Made by a program: the position numbers and the translations under genes. DNA of 64,000 nt, from assembly GCA_022605425.2 (NCBI GenBank), contig JAKIMF020000001.1:2046001-2110000 (forward strand), read 5' to 3'. Below, piece by piece: positions 12,495 through 23,872 of this stretch. Below the pieces are notes generated by a model that saw nothing but the letters and a program-made list of their open reading frames with translations, made no database searches and was not told where the DNA came from. The stretch comes from Hamiltosporidium tvaerminnensis FI-OER-3-3. Lineage: Eukaryota > Fungi > Microsporidia. Within the stretch, counting starts at the first letter, position 1, and the number at the start of each line of letters is the position of its first letter.

Positions 12495-15467
12495 GTTTTT
12501 GGTGTTTAAATTGTAATTCTTAAAAAAATCTTTAATAAATACTTTTCTACTCTTTATTGATAGTTTTTTAAATCAAAAAATGTTTAAAAATAATAAATTT
12601 TGATTTACCAATAATTTATTTTCTATTTGTAAATCAATTATGTAAAATTTTGAAAAAAAGTAAAGAAATAATTTTAAAAAAAATTACATTTTTTTTCCAC
12701 GCGCATACCCGATGAATTACATATTAAGAAGCCAACCTTGATCATTATTCATTGGAAATTTAAATATCTTTTTATTCATCTTTTATGCATGTAGTACACT
12801 ATTGTGTTTTTTTAAAGTCATTGAATCTTCTCTTTTTTAAAGAAACACATCTTACTGATATTCGATTTTTGAAAGTCTAACAACCATCTTTTCTTTGTGC
12901 TATACTTTATGACATTCATATGAAGAAATCTAGCAACAGAGGTGAGCTCTCTTGGTTTTTATGAACAGGAATTGTTTTTTTAGCGAAATTTTAGAGTTAC
13001 GCTCGTTACAAATTTGCTATTTACTTGGTAATTTCGTTTCTTCCGCGTATTTTAGTAAAATTGCTTTTAATTGTGAGATAATAACTTCATCTCGCTTATT
13101 TAGATCATATTTACTCATTCGGATATCAATTTATTTTTATCATAAGTCTAATATTTTTTTTTGCTTTGCTAACTTAAAAATTGAAAATTCAAATATAAAA
13201 TATTGAAAAAGCAAAATTATATCTTTTTTCAGGTTTTCTTTATCTCATTTATTTCAAAGCTTATATTTTGTTTTACCAAACTTGATGATGTTAAAGTTTG
13301 ATATTGGCTTAAACTGATCCGGATAAACAGCATCATTCTTTATAAGTTTCTCGCTTTTTTTTGAAATAAATGATCATAAAATCAATCGATGTAAAAGTTT
13401 ATTCTAGGCAAAATTTGCAATAAATTTATGAAGTATTTTTGAGCGAATAAAATATAAATTATTAAATATATATTCACAGATAAAGCCTGACAGCACTGTA
13501 CGTACTAGAATGTTGTTCATTTTTGATTTTATTGCATTTCTAATAATCACATAACTAATAATTGTAAAAAAAATTACATAAATTACTTTATTCCAAGTGT
13601 GTTACATCTTAAGATTTCCAAACTTTTGCGGCATCTTGATTCCTTTTTGGGTATATTGGGGTTTATCTAAATTAATAATCGGATTATTCGTAAGTGTAAT
13701 AAGGTAATTTTATTCCAAAATTGATATGAACTGAAATAAAAATATGTTTATTTTGGTATATATGAAGCGCTTATTTGCCTTCGTATTGTTGGTAGTATTG
13801 TTTGCCATGATATTATCTTAATTTTCAAACCATCGGCATCCTTCAACCAAAATAGTTTGCTATATTACCGGAATTCTTATTTTTATGTAATCAAATGTCT
13901 TGATAGAAGTTTGAAATTTCCGGTCATGTCGATATGATATATTTTTTGTGGAGAAAAGTACTAAATTAGAGTCTCTGCTTCGAATTCAACTGTTGGTGTC
14001 ATACTTTAAAATTCTGACATTTTTTCATGTGTCAGCACAGCAGGAATAAGTAAAAACATGTCTATATGTGATTTTAATTGCTATAAAGTAACTCGTCAGT
14101 CACATGAAGTTATTCGGACCAGGAACACTTGTCTCATAGATTGAAGTGCAATTTTGAATTATAAATTTTTGATTACATTGTTTTTGATTCAACCAGCACA
14201 TATTTCCTTTACTATTAACTAGATGAGACTAGATTAATAAAATTATTGAGGGAATTTGTACAGAAAATTTTACACTCTATGTCTATGATCACTGTTAAAT
14301 TTCTACCTTGCCTAACCACCATTCAAATTTAGTAATATTTATTTGATTGTTTGATTTTTAATACTTTCTTGTTTGTGTCCACATTCACCTTTTATGAGTA
14401 TCTTATGTGTCGTTTTTACATTTTCCAATCTGCTTTTGTGTACATTCGTCTCTTCACTTTTGTTGCTATAATTCGAAAATATTTTGATTTTGTAACTCAC
14501 TAAATATTTCATCTATATCTTTCCTCCTTCTATTTAATCTTATCTATTGGTTAACAGGTCATCATTTCGCTAAACTTTTTGTGATTAATTATTTATGTTG
14601 CACTTCTTTTATTTCTGGGTTTCTGTTTGTTTAGTATACCAGAAACTTTTAATTTTCGTAATTTAAAAACTTCAGAAGTACTTTTTCATTCCTTGAATAA
14701 CTATTGACGTTGTCTTTCTAATTTCATATCCTATGTTTTTGAAATATCAAATTACTAATTTAATGATCTTTGAAATAGAAACTCTTTATACATAGAAAGA
14801 TTTAATAATTATGACCAGTAATCTGGTGTTTAAAGCATGATTAATCACACAATCTATATATAATATATCGTGTTTTTAAACATCAAAGCACATAAAAGAC
14901 CGTTATTGTCTTGAAATTTCCCTCTATTTTCGATAAGAATAAATTTGGTGTTACCTAGCTTATGCAGGATAGCTAAAAAAGTATCATTTAAGTAATTTAT
15001 TGTCTATTTTATTGTAGGCACTCAGAGTTTTCTAGTATTTTGCATCGTTTCAAAATATCCTGCCTCACACTGATTTATGCACTGAATGATCATATTTTCA
15101 CGATAATATGTGAATATAATGATTATTTGATCATTAGTTGCACATTTAAGTGTTTCTAACTTTGATGCATTCAAATTCACAAAACTATTTTTTATTTCAT
15201 CGATATGATAGCTTTTAAGTTCAAATACAAATTCTAAATATTATAAGATTTTATTAAAAAATAGTTGCCAAATTACAAGATGAAAATAAATCCTTCAGTT
15301 TTTTTTCTATTTTCTAGTTTGATTTTGCTGTCAATTGCATCGGAAGTTTAATTTTGAGATTAACAAAAATATAAAACTAATATATTTTGAAAAAAAAGTA
15401 AAATTAATACATATAGGTTATGATTTTGTAAAAAAAAATTCAAAGAATTTTAGAAAATTAGAAAAAT

Positions 15468-15905
15468 TTATTCTTGGTTTTGATTACTTTTATCAGTATC
15501 ACGTTTTTTTTCTATTAAACTAATTATATTTATTAGTGGAATTTCTGGATTAAGAGCAGAATTTCGTTTTATAGAATCGAGTGATGAAATAAACAGACAT
15601 GATCGTTTTATTTCTGATGGATCCATATTTTCTATAACCTCTTTATCGATACCCGATGAATTGGAATTTGATTTTGCATCAAATGCGGTCAACTCTTCCT
15701 TACTGCAATAGAAAAAAATTATTTCTTCTTCGATCTGCTGAATACTTTGACTTCCCAGCATTTCCTCTGTAGAAATATTGTTTCTCATACAATTCATATC
15801 TCGTTGCGGCCCTGTTTCTGTACTCTTTATAGATACCAACAACATATAATATAACATATATTGAGTCTTGCTTAAATATAACCATAACTGTAATTTTATA
15901 TACAT
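15468..15905 (-). pseudogene. N-terminal part of a lineage-specific gene with hydrophobic N-terminus; decayed coding-like sequence seems to continue toward ~12700
   Basis: CCC motif upstream (GGG at 15911-15913 on +); hydrophobic stretch YMLYYMLLVSI; downstream sequence looks coding-like but has many stops. Confidence 0.4.
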
Positions 15906-17192
15906 ATTCTGGGAATAAAAAATTTAAATCGTAATAAATATTTATTAATTAGCTTCTTTTGGGAACTAGTAACTTAGATTAATTAAAATAACATGTAAAA
16001 TAATCAAAAAATATTTAAATTAAAAAATCTTTTAAATTCATAATGTCGTCATAAAAGAAAGAATTTTTTAAGATAATAAATAAGCTGTACACGAATTTTA
16101 AAATAATTTAGTATGTATTTTTGCAAAAACCGATCTAAATTAATTTATCAAAACTAAATAAATAGTTTTAGTTTTTTATGTATTTATATTCATTTATTTC
16201 AAAAAGTTTAACCTATTTCCTTTCAAAAAAAATAATGTTTGATTATTTCTTATTTACAGTCGATTTTTTATATAAATTCGAATTCAATTTGTATACTGAA
16301 TAAATAAAATAGGAATCGTATTCCGAATGATTAAAATTTAATTTAAGAGATTTTTTACAATTAATATATCATTAAAGAAATGTAATAAAAGTTTTACCGG
16401 GTTTTTCAATAGTTTTAATTACAATTTATTGTTTAAAAATATAAGATTTGATGTATAACTGTGAGTAATTTAAAAAGTAACTTTTTATTCGTTACATTAA
16501 TTGTAAAAAATTACAATATTTACTACAAATATTCGAAATTTATGAATATTTTCTATTTAATTTTCTAAAATTACGGTATTTTAAAATCTTTCAGAAGATC
16601 TGATTCGTAAATATTTCAAAGAGAAAATTAAAAAGTAAAGTTTACTACCTAAATTACAATTTTAAAACTGCTTAATTCTCCGAAAATATTATATTAAATC
16701 ATAAATATGATTTGGTGACAATAATGTAATAAATTATATCTGATTTTGTAACATAAATAATTTTTAAAATTTATATGTGCATATATAACAAATTACAACA
16801 AAAATTTATTAAACTCAATGTTTAAAATATTTAAAAAATGTAAAAATAAACTTAAAGTTTCTTTTTAACATTAGTAATGATAGATTTAATGAAAAATATA
16901 CAAATTCAATATTTAAATATTTCATATAATTTCTCTTGAAAATATTGTCTTTGCTTAAAATTATAACATTTCTTTATTTAATCATTCGTTTTACAATATT
17001 TCATATTTTAATTATCTTAAAATTTAATTTATCAAATATAAAAAAATGCATAAACAAATTCATTAATGATCTTTTTCGTTAAAAATTAATTATAAAAAAA
17101 TAATTTGCGAATTTAATTCGAATATTAAAATAAAATATAATTTATAAATAGAAATATGAATATACAGTTCAACCTTTCTCTCAATAAATATT

Positions 17193-18692
17193 TTAATTGG
17201 AGTCCTCTACTTCTCTAATATCGAATTTACCTCCGTTTTTAGTGTACAAAAGTACACCGGTTTGACAATTTTTTACAACTAAAAATTTATTTTCTTGGAA
17301 TTCGATTTCGTTCTCTAAAAAGTCTTTGAAATATTTATCATACAAAAGATAATCACCATCGTATATTTTTAAATCATTTATCTCAAATAATTCATTTATT
17401 TTTTTTATAATCATAGATATTTTAATCTTATCACCAAAAATTATTGCCTTTTTGTAAGTACAAATGCATTCTTTATTTTGATAACAATTTACTTTACTAA
17501 TGAGTTTTCTATTTCCAACAATATAATAATTCATTTTACTTTTCAAACTAAACATCATTAAAGAACTTATAATAGAGTTTGTTGTACAAACAGCTGGTAT
17601 AATATTACCGGCTATACTTTTTGTTTCAAATTCATCCTTGGAATTGATATTAAAATATTTACTTCTTAATTTGGCAGAATAATATATAAAATCAATTATT
17701 TTTTGATTGTCTTTGTCAAAATCTGAAATTTTATTTTTAAGGAGATGATTTACTGTGTCTATAAGTTTTTTACAATCACTTTGGTTATTTTTATACAAAT
17801 TTTTATATAATTTTTCTGTATTTTTTTTGATTTTCTTAGAATTATTTGGCTCTTCATATTTATAAAATTTACCGTCTGAGATATTTTCTGTACTTTCGAT
17901 TTTCATTTTCTTAGAATCATTTGGCTCACAAAATTCGGGAAATGTATCTTCTGAGATATTTTCTGTACTTTCGATTTTCATTTTCTTAGAATTAGTTGGC
18001 TCTTCAGATTCAGAGAATTTACCTCCTAAAATATTTTCCGAACTTTCAATTTTCTTAGAATCATTTGGCTCACCAAATTCAGGAAATGTATCTTCTGAGA
18101 TATTTTCTGTATTTTGATTAGTAATAATTTTCAACAGCGTATTTTTATCAAAAATTTTATTCGAAAAAACTTCTTTAAAAAAATATTCTTTCGCCCAAAC
18201 AACACAATGCTCATATTTAGTAGGATTCGTTTTTATACTACACACCGGATATTCTATTACCTCCTTCTCCACACAATCAAAACACCCTATTTTTCCATAT
18301 ACTTCTGACTGTCCTTTAAGTCCATTAGTACCACCGTCAATTAATAAAACATTTCCAAATAAACATCGCATACTTACATATGATCTTGCTTCTATATTAT
18401 CTAAACAATTAAAAACAACATCGAATTGTAGAAAGAATTCTAAATTATAATCCATAATTGAATTTTTTATAACTGAAATTTCTGCATCAGGAAATTTTTT
18501 TATAAATTTTTTTTTACAAATCTCTGATTTGTATTTATTTATATCTTTTCTCGTAAAAAAAAATTGCCTATTCAAATTTGAAAAAGAAATTGTGTCGTTA
18601 TCTACTAAAGTTATTCTTTTAAAATTTGATAAATATAATTGTTTAAGTAATTCGCAACCAATACCGCCACATCCAATTATTAATACATTCAT
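17193..18692 (-). CDS. UBA2: SUMO-activating enzyme E1 large subunit
   Basis: GCGGIGCE, DNDTISFSNLNRQF, catalytic YPVCSIKTNP...HCVVWAK, FDKDN and AGNIIPAVCTTN; CCCC upstream. Confidence 0.9.
   Translation of the reverse strand: MNVLIIGCGGIGCELLKQLYLSNFKRITLVDNDTISFSNLNRQFFFTRKDINKYKSEICKKKFIKKFPDAEISVIKNSIMDYNLEFFLQFDVVFNCLDNIEARSYVSMRCLFGNVLLIDGGTNGLKGQSEVYGKIGCFDCVEKEVIEYPVCSIKTNPTKYEHCVVWAKEYFFKEVFSNKIFDKNTLLKIITNQNTENISEDTFPEFGEPNDSKKIESSENILGGKFSESEEPTNSKKMKIESTENISEDTFPEFCEPNDSKKMKIESTENISDGKFYKYEEPNNSKKIKKNTEKLYKNLYKNNQSDCKKLIDTVNHLLKNKISDFDKDNQKIIDFIYYSAKLRSKYFNINSKDEFETKSIAGNIIPAVCTTNSIISSLMMFSLKSKMNYYIVGNRKLISKVNCYQNKECICTYKKAIIFGDKIKISMIIKKINELFEINDLKIYDGDYLLYDKYFKDFLENEIEFQENKFLVVKNCQTGVLLYTKNGGKFDIREVEDSN
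17823..18113 (-). repeat. In-frame tandem repeat (4 units of ~23-25 aa) inside UBA2
   Basis: TENISEDTFPEFGEPNDSKKIE / SENILGGKFSESEEPTNSKKMKIE / TENISEDTFPEFCEPNDSKKMKIE / TENISDGKFYKYEEPNNSKKIKK. Confidence 0.9.
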
Positions 18693-18861
18693 TTGGGGTA
18701 AAATTTTAAATTTGAAAATTATAATTTATATCGTTTGATGAGTAAAGAAAAGAAAAACGATAAATAATTCAACAAATATTCAATAAATATATAAAAAATC
18801 TCAAAAAAATCATAAAAATATTTAAAAAAATAAGAAATAATTTTCTTTAATAATTAAACGG

Positions 18862-19339
18862 TTATCCAGAAACAACACATTTTCCACCTGCAGCTACAAT
18901 TTTTTCTTCAGCCTGTTTGGTAAACCTCCTTGCTAAAACAACCATAGGCTTTTTATAAAATAAATCCCCTCGTCCAAGAACTTCAAAATATCCAAATCTC
19001 TTTAGATCCAAAACGGGTGCTTTAACGGATTCATTACCAACGAATTCCGGTAAAACATCCTCAGGAATCAAAGACCAAAGTTTGTCCACATTTATTGCAG
19101 GAGAAAATTCTGCATTTTTATTTCTGTGAAATATTTTGATACCAACTTTACCAAAATGATCAGGATGATATCTCTCAAATAATGTTTTGAGATGTTTCAA
19201 ACCACCTGCTTTACCACGGCCTCCTGGATGTTTTCTGTGTTTACCTACTCTTCCATATCCATGAGATACTTGTCCACGATGCTTACGGCATTTTCTAAAT
19301 CTTGTGGTCTAAAAATTAATACAAATATTTACTTACCAT
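18862..19339 (-). CDS. RPL28: 60S ribosomal protein uL15 (L27a/yeast L28); exons 19337-19339 and 18862-19308; 149 aa
   Basis: Splicing gives MTTRFRKCRKHRGQVSHGYGRVGKHRKHPGGRGKAGG...YHPDHFGKVG...AEEKIVAAGG; CCC upstream (19345-19347). Confidence 0.95.
19309..19336 (-). other. 28-nt spliceosomal intron directly after the start codon
   Basis: ATG|GTAAGTAAATATTTGTATTAATTTTTAG|ACC; removal restores the conserved uL15 N-terminus. Confidence 0.92.
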
Positions 19340-20504
19340 TTTATGGGTATCAAGATTGGATTTTTATAAAAATTTTAAAATGAATAAAAAAAGTGGGATG
19401 AAAATTAAATTTGGGGTTTGTAAATATAAAAAGCGTAAGCAATGTTATTAGCTCTGCAATACTACTGATATAATTTAACAATAAATATTTTTTTGGGGTT
19501 TTTATAAAGGAAAACAAAGATTAATTTATTTATACAAATGATATAATCGAGTTTGAAATATTCTTAGAGAATTTAAAATTAAAAATTAGTTCTGTGGTAC
19601 GAATAGTTTAACTGAATAGTTAAATTTTTCTATAAAAGTTATCTACAAAAATAAAATGAATTTTTTACTCAGATAATAAAATTCAACAGAAATTCTTTCC
19701 AAAATAATTTTAAAATAATTATTGGAGTTTTATTGCATAAATGTTTAACTAATCTAACTCAACAATAAATATTTGAAAAAAAACTAATTCCTAGACCCAA
19801 TTAATTTACACACTGAATTTATTTTATAATTCTTGTTCTACTAATCATTTTGCCTCTTTAACCAACTTTAAACCCTCGCTTTTTTGGGTTTTTTTTTTAA
19901 AGAAACTACTTTATTTGAAATTATCACATCTTTATGAAATAATGACAAGTGTCATATTTTTTTACATGACATTAACCCAGTTCTAGGTTTAACATAAATA
20001 ACAGCTACCCCAACACTTTATCAGTACCTCCTACGATACCTATGTTCCAACACCTTTCATCTACCAAGTGTGTAGAACCTAATTAATAGACGAGGCAGTT
20101 GCTCGAAGTTTGTTAATGTCCGTTGCACGGAGTGTGATCGAAGGCCGAAGCCCCCCAAGACTATGCAGCATTCCCACTTACTCTATACTTTCTAAACTCA
20201 ATAAACTTCTTGCTAAGATATATTTCAGTGACTTACATGGGATTCACCTAGACAGCGCAATGTCATACCAACAGGTATAACCCGCTACTTAGCTCTCTCA
20301 GCTTTAAATAATTTTATTTTTTATATCATCCAGGCGCTAAGTCTTCTAACCCGATTGAGAAAGGCTAGTTTTCCATGCTTAATATGGAAATTAATTACAA
20401 TTCAGCAAAGGTCTGAAATCGAGTTACGTAAAAAAACTACAAATAAATTTATAGAAAAAGTTTCTCCATTTCTTAGACCTCTCCTCCTCATAACAATTCC
20501 CATG

Positions 20505-20612
20505 GAACAACCAAAGTGTAGTCTGGTTTGACTTACACCAAAAATCCAAACAATGATCCTCACATCGGTTCCACGCACTCATGGCCAAGAGAAAGTTTTT
20601 AAGTGGTTATCC
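20505..20612 (-). repeat. Dispersed repeat homologous to 49635-49735, probably an AP-endonuclease fragment of a LINE
   Basis: GGAACCGATGTGAGGATCATTGTTTGG versus GGAACCGACGTGAGATCATGATTTAGG; reads like RGTDV..DH (RGADxxSDH motif). Confidence 0.5.
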
Positions 20613-21329
20613 TCCCTCTCATCTTTTTTTCGGCTTAATTATTTTTTTTTTCAAATATTTAACCTCACAATTATTTCATAATAGATTAATGATGAGATTG
20701 AATTAAAATTATTATTTTTGGTAAAATAATAAAATTGTTATCAATCTATTATTCTTCTAGAAATTTGCCACAACTACTTTGTATTGAATCTAAATTTACT
20801 TTTAATTATCTAGAAATAAAGATATAATTTTAGACGCGAGAAAGGATATTTGAATATACCGTTTTTTAGGAAGAAAATATAATAAATTACAACAAGTCTC
20901 AGATTATATTAGTATGAAGAAATATATAAATCTTAGATTAATTTTAAGTTTTGCTGTCAATCCTATTATCGGGGCAGTTTTCATAATGCTTGGTTAAGAA
21001 TAATTGTATATATAATTGAGAGATTTAATATTTTTACAGCGATTGGGATAATTTAACACGCTGATCAGTCAATGTTTATGCACAAAAATTTTCTCTAGCC
21101 ACTAACTTAATTTACAGCAATTTTTCACCGAGTTAAATTGTTTTTGCTGACTAATCTGCAATCCTTTTCGACTTATAGCCTGTGCTATCTTGCACTTCAA
21201 ATAGTTCTCGATTGTTTTCTGTTTTTTTTATTAAGCTTTAATTGTTTCTCTACAGACTATAATAAAAGAAACTTTGTGGACTGATTTAAGTAGTATGAAG
21301 TATCTTTTGAATAATCAACTAAAATAATT

Positions 21330-22200
21330 TTGCTCATAAAAAGGCCAGAACTACAAATTAGTAAAAAAACTAAAATACTTGGTGTTGCTAGAAAAGTGAA
21401 AGAATAAGATAACAGCAAAAAACCTCCGTGGATAATCAACTTATATTAAAGTTTGGCAGGATAGCTATTGAAGAGAGGGGAAATTGATGTTTCCTGTATA
21501 GGAGAGTAAATGGCAGTTGGGTTTTACGTACATTGGGAAGAGATATTTCAAATTTTATATGATACAAATGTTACATTTCGTACTTGTATGTAAAAGAAAA
21601 GGCTCGAAAGATAAAAAAATCACAAAAAAATGCTAATAAACCTTTTAAATTTATTTATGCCGTGCAAAAAAAAATACGGCTTACCAAAAAAAGTATTGGT
21701 TGTAAGACCGATTATTCAGTAAAAACATGAAATAAAAATGACCTGTAATTAAATCGACATACATTACGATCTAATGATCGATGTAAACCCATAATTATCC
21801 CAAGATCATTCGAATAAATTTATTCAACCTCGACTTCTGAAAAGCAAAAATCCAGAAGAAGCAGCTTATGCACTTTTAAAAATTGAAAAAAAATCATCTG
21901 CTTACTATTGTGCAACGTGATAATGGAAGGTAATTTTTTAACAACACATTAAAGAATTATGTAGTCTTTTATCTGTGTTAAATATATTACATTATAAGCC
22001 TGGACTCTCTCTAGATGAAAGCCCGTAGAAAGTGCTTATTCAGACATGGAGAATGAGCTTTTTTTCGTGCCTAGAGACATATACATAAGAAAATGATCAG
22101 AACGCTTACTTTTTGTTTAGATTATAAAAAATATAGCATTTCATAATGGAAAAAACTGTATTAGTTTGAGACCATATTTTAAAAAGGTATATATTCTGTA
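21330..22200 (+). mobile_element. Decayed KRBA2/SCAND3-like (Ginger-related) DDE integrase remnant
   Basis: Frameshifted segments in expected order: YVHWEEIFQILYDT, PCKKK.GLPKKVLVVRPII, QDHSNKFIQPRLL, PEEAAYALL, VQRDNGR, VESAYSDMEN, KNIAFHNG; ends approximate. Confidence 0.7.
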
Positions 22201-22304
22201 TAATAAGTTTCCCACCTTAAGAAATTCTGCTTAATGTGAATTTTGAAGAAACTTAGAGGTAATATTGAAAGGTCCAAATGATTTAAAACCAGGAGAGCAA
22301 AGTG

Positions 22305-22360
22305 TACCTTCCAGAGATTGTGGCTATCCGCCAGTCCCAAGCCCGGATTAGTAGGATTTA
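22305..22360 (+). ncRNA. Decayed twister ribozyme core at the RTE 5' end
   Basis: GCCAGTCCCAAGCCCGGAT (22330-22348) is one base from the canonical twister GCCGGUCCCAAGCCCGGAU; partial P2 CCTTC/GTAGG; GAGGG pseudoknot strand absent. Confidence 0.65.
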
Positions 22361-23164
22361 GAGCATAGGGATAAGCTAACTATCTTTTAATACCATTTTT
22401 TAATGAAATTACAAAATAAGTAAAACTTATTTCTGGACGAAACGTAAATGAAAAAAAAAATCTACACGTAAATGCGAGACAATATAATTGCAGCCTTTTC
22501 CAAGCAGCCGCACTAGATAATCCGATTTCTGATTGCTGATCATTTTAAATGTAATTTCGATATCTTAGCTCGGCTAAAAATAAGATGAAAAGCAATGAGG
22601 CATTAAAAACCAAAGAATACCCGGTTTTTACGGTGGAGATACAACTTACACTTTCTAAATAAACTTTGCAATCAGTAAGAACTTATTAAATAAAGCTTTA
22701 GAGTAAACACATAAATAAACGATTGTACTCAATATGGATACAGGTTCTTTTTAATACTACCTTGATATGTGTGCACACATCTACATAATATACTAATGAT
22801 AATAAATAAACCAAATTTAATGATACATTGGAAGATTCATACGATAAATCACCACCTTATGGCATAAAATTTTTTGTGGGTGATCGTTATGCGAAAACAG
22901 ACAATGAAATATACTGCCACCTAGAATAAAAGGAGATAATATTTATCTAGAATCTAATATTAATGGTCTCAGATTGATTGATTTTGCAGTAAGCAAAATT
23001 ATTAGTGTTCCCAGAAACTTCTTTTCTCATTAAAAAAGGCCTAAATAGACGTGACTTAAAACAAATAGAATGGCTTATAACTGAATGGTCATGTCTTGAA
23101 TGCTTCTAGACATACTTAAAGTTTTACTGATGTGCGTAGTTTACGAGGTGTTGATATATTTATT

Positions 23165-23872
23165 GATTTATCCTCGGCGCCACAGCCCTAAACGAGCCTT
23201 GACCCACCACAGTAATGTCGACAACCTGTCTCTTTCCAGCACAACATTCCACAAGTCTTCTAAACCCATAAGTCGAGCAGAAATTTCGATTTGATCAATC
23301 TAGCGAGTCTTGGGTTTTAGCACCTTCCTTTTTCCGACTGGTATATGGTTCAAAACTTTAGAAGGTATGTGATGTTTCCCCATTGTTAGCAGGTATCCTA
23401 TCCAGCGGTGTCTGTTCATGCAGACCAAGTCTACTGTTGACATATTCCTTAATTCGGTGCAGAATTCCCTGTTGTGTCGTTTCCTTGCCTTTTATTTGCT
23501 TCTTCAGGCCATAAATACGTCTCAGTACTTACTTTTCGAACACCGCTAGTTTTTGCTCATCAGTCTTCTTCAAAGCCATAGATTCTGATCTATATATGAG
23601 AACAGGTCTCAGCAGCGTTTTGTAGATCATGATTTTTGTCTTTCTAGTGGTGAGCTTAGACTTAAAGTGCTTGAAGAGACTATAATAGCACTGGTCGGTC
23701 GCCTGTATTCTTCTTTCAATTTAATTAAAAGCTGCTGTATTTTACATTTATTCTGGATCCTAAATAGACAAAATTTTCTACTGTTTCAAAGATTTAATTT
23801 TCGACTCGATATTGTGGGAGCCTTCGGGTATGGCTAAATGTCATATATTTGATCTTGCGGATGTTAATAAAC
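23165..23872 (-). mobile_element. 5'-truncated RTE-clade LINE remnant, same family as 4345-4920
   Basis: INIRKIKYM...VENFVYLGS and YKTLLRPVLIY; 3' end GGTCAAGGCTCGTTTAGGGCTGTGGCGCCGAGGATAAAT. Confidence 0.85.

Noticed and set aside
12695-12800. GATA-type zinc finger relic on the minus strand (CTTC...CNSSG)
   Set aside because: Needs several stops and a frameshift, and the fourth Cys is missing; unsupported without a search
22300-23872. Twin-priming 5' inversion of one RTE
   Set aside because: The fragments meet at the 3' terminus of the minus-strand copy, which fits nested insertion rather than twin priming
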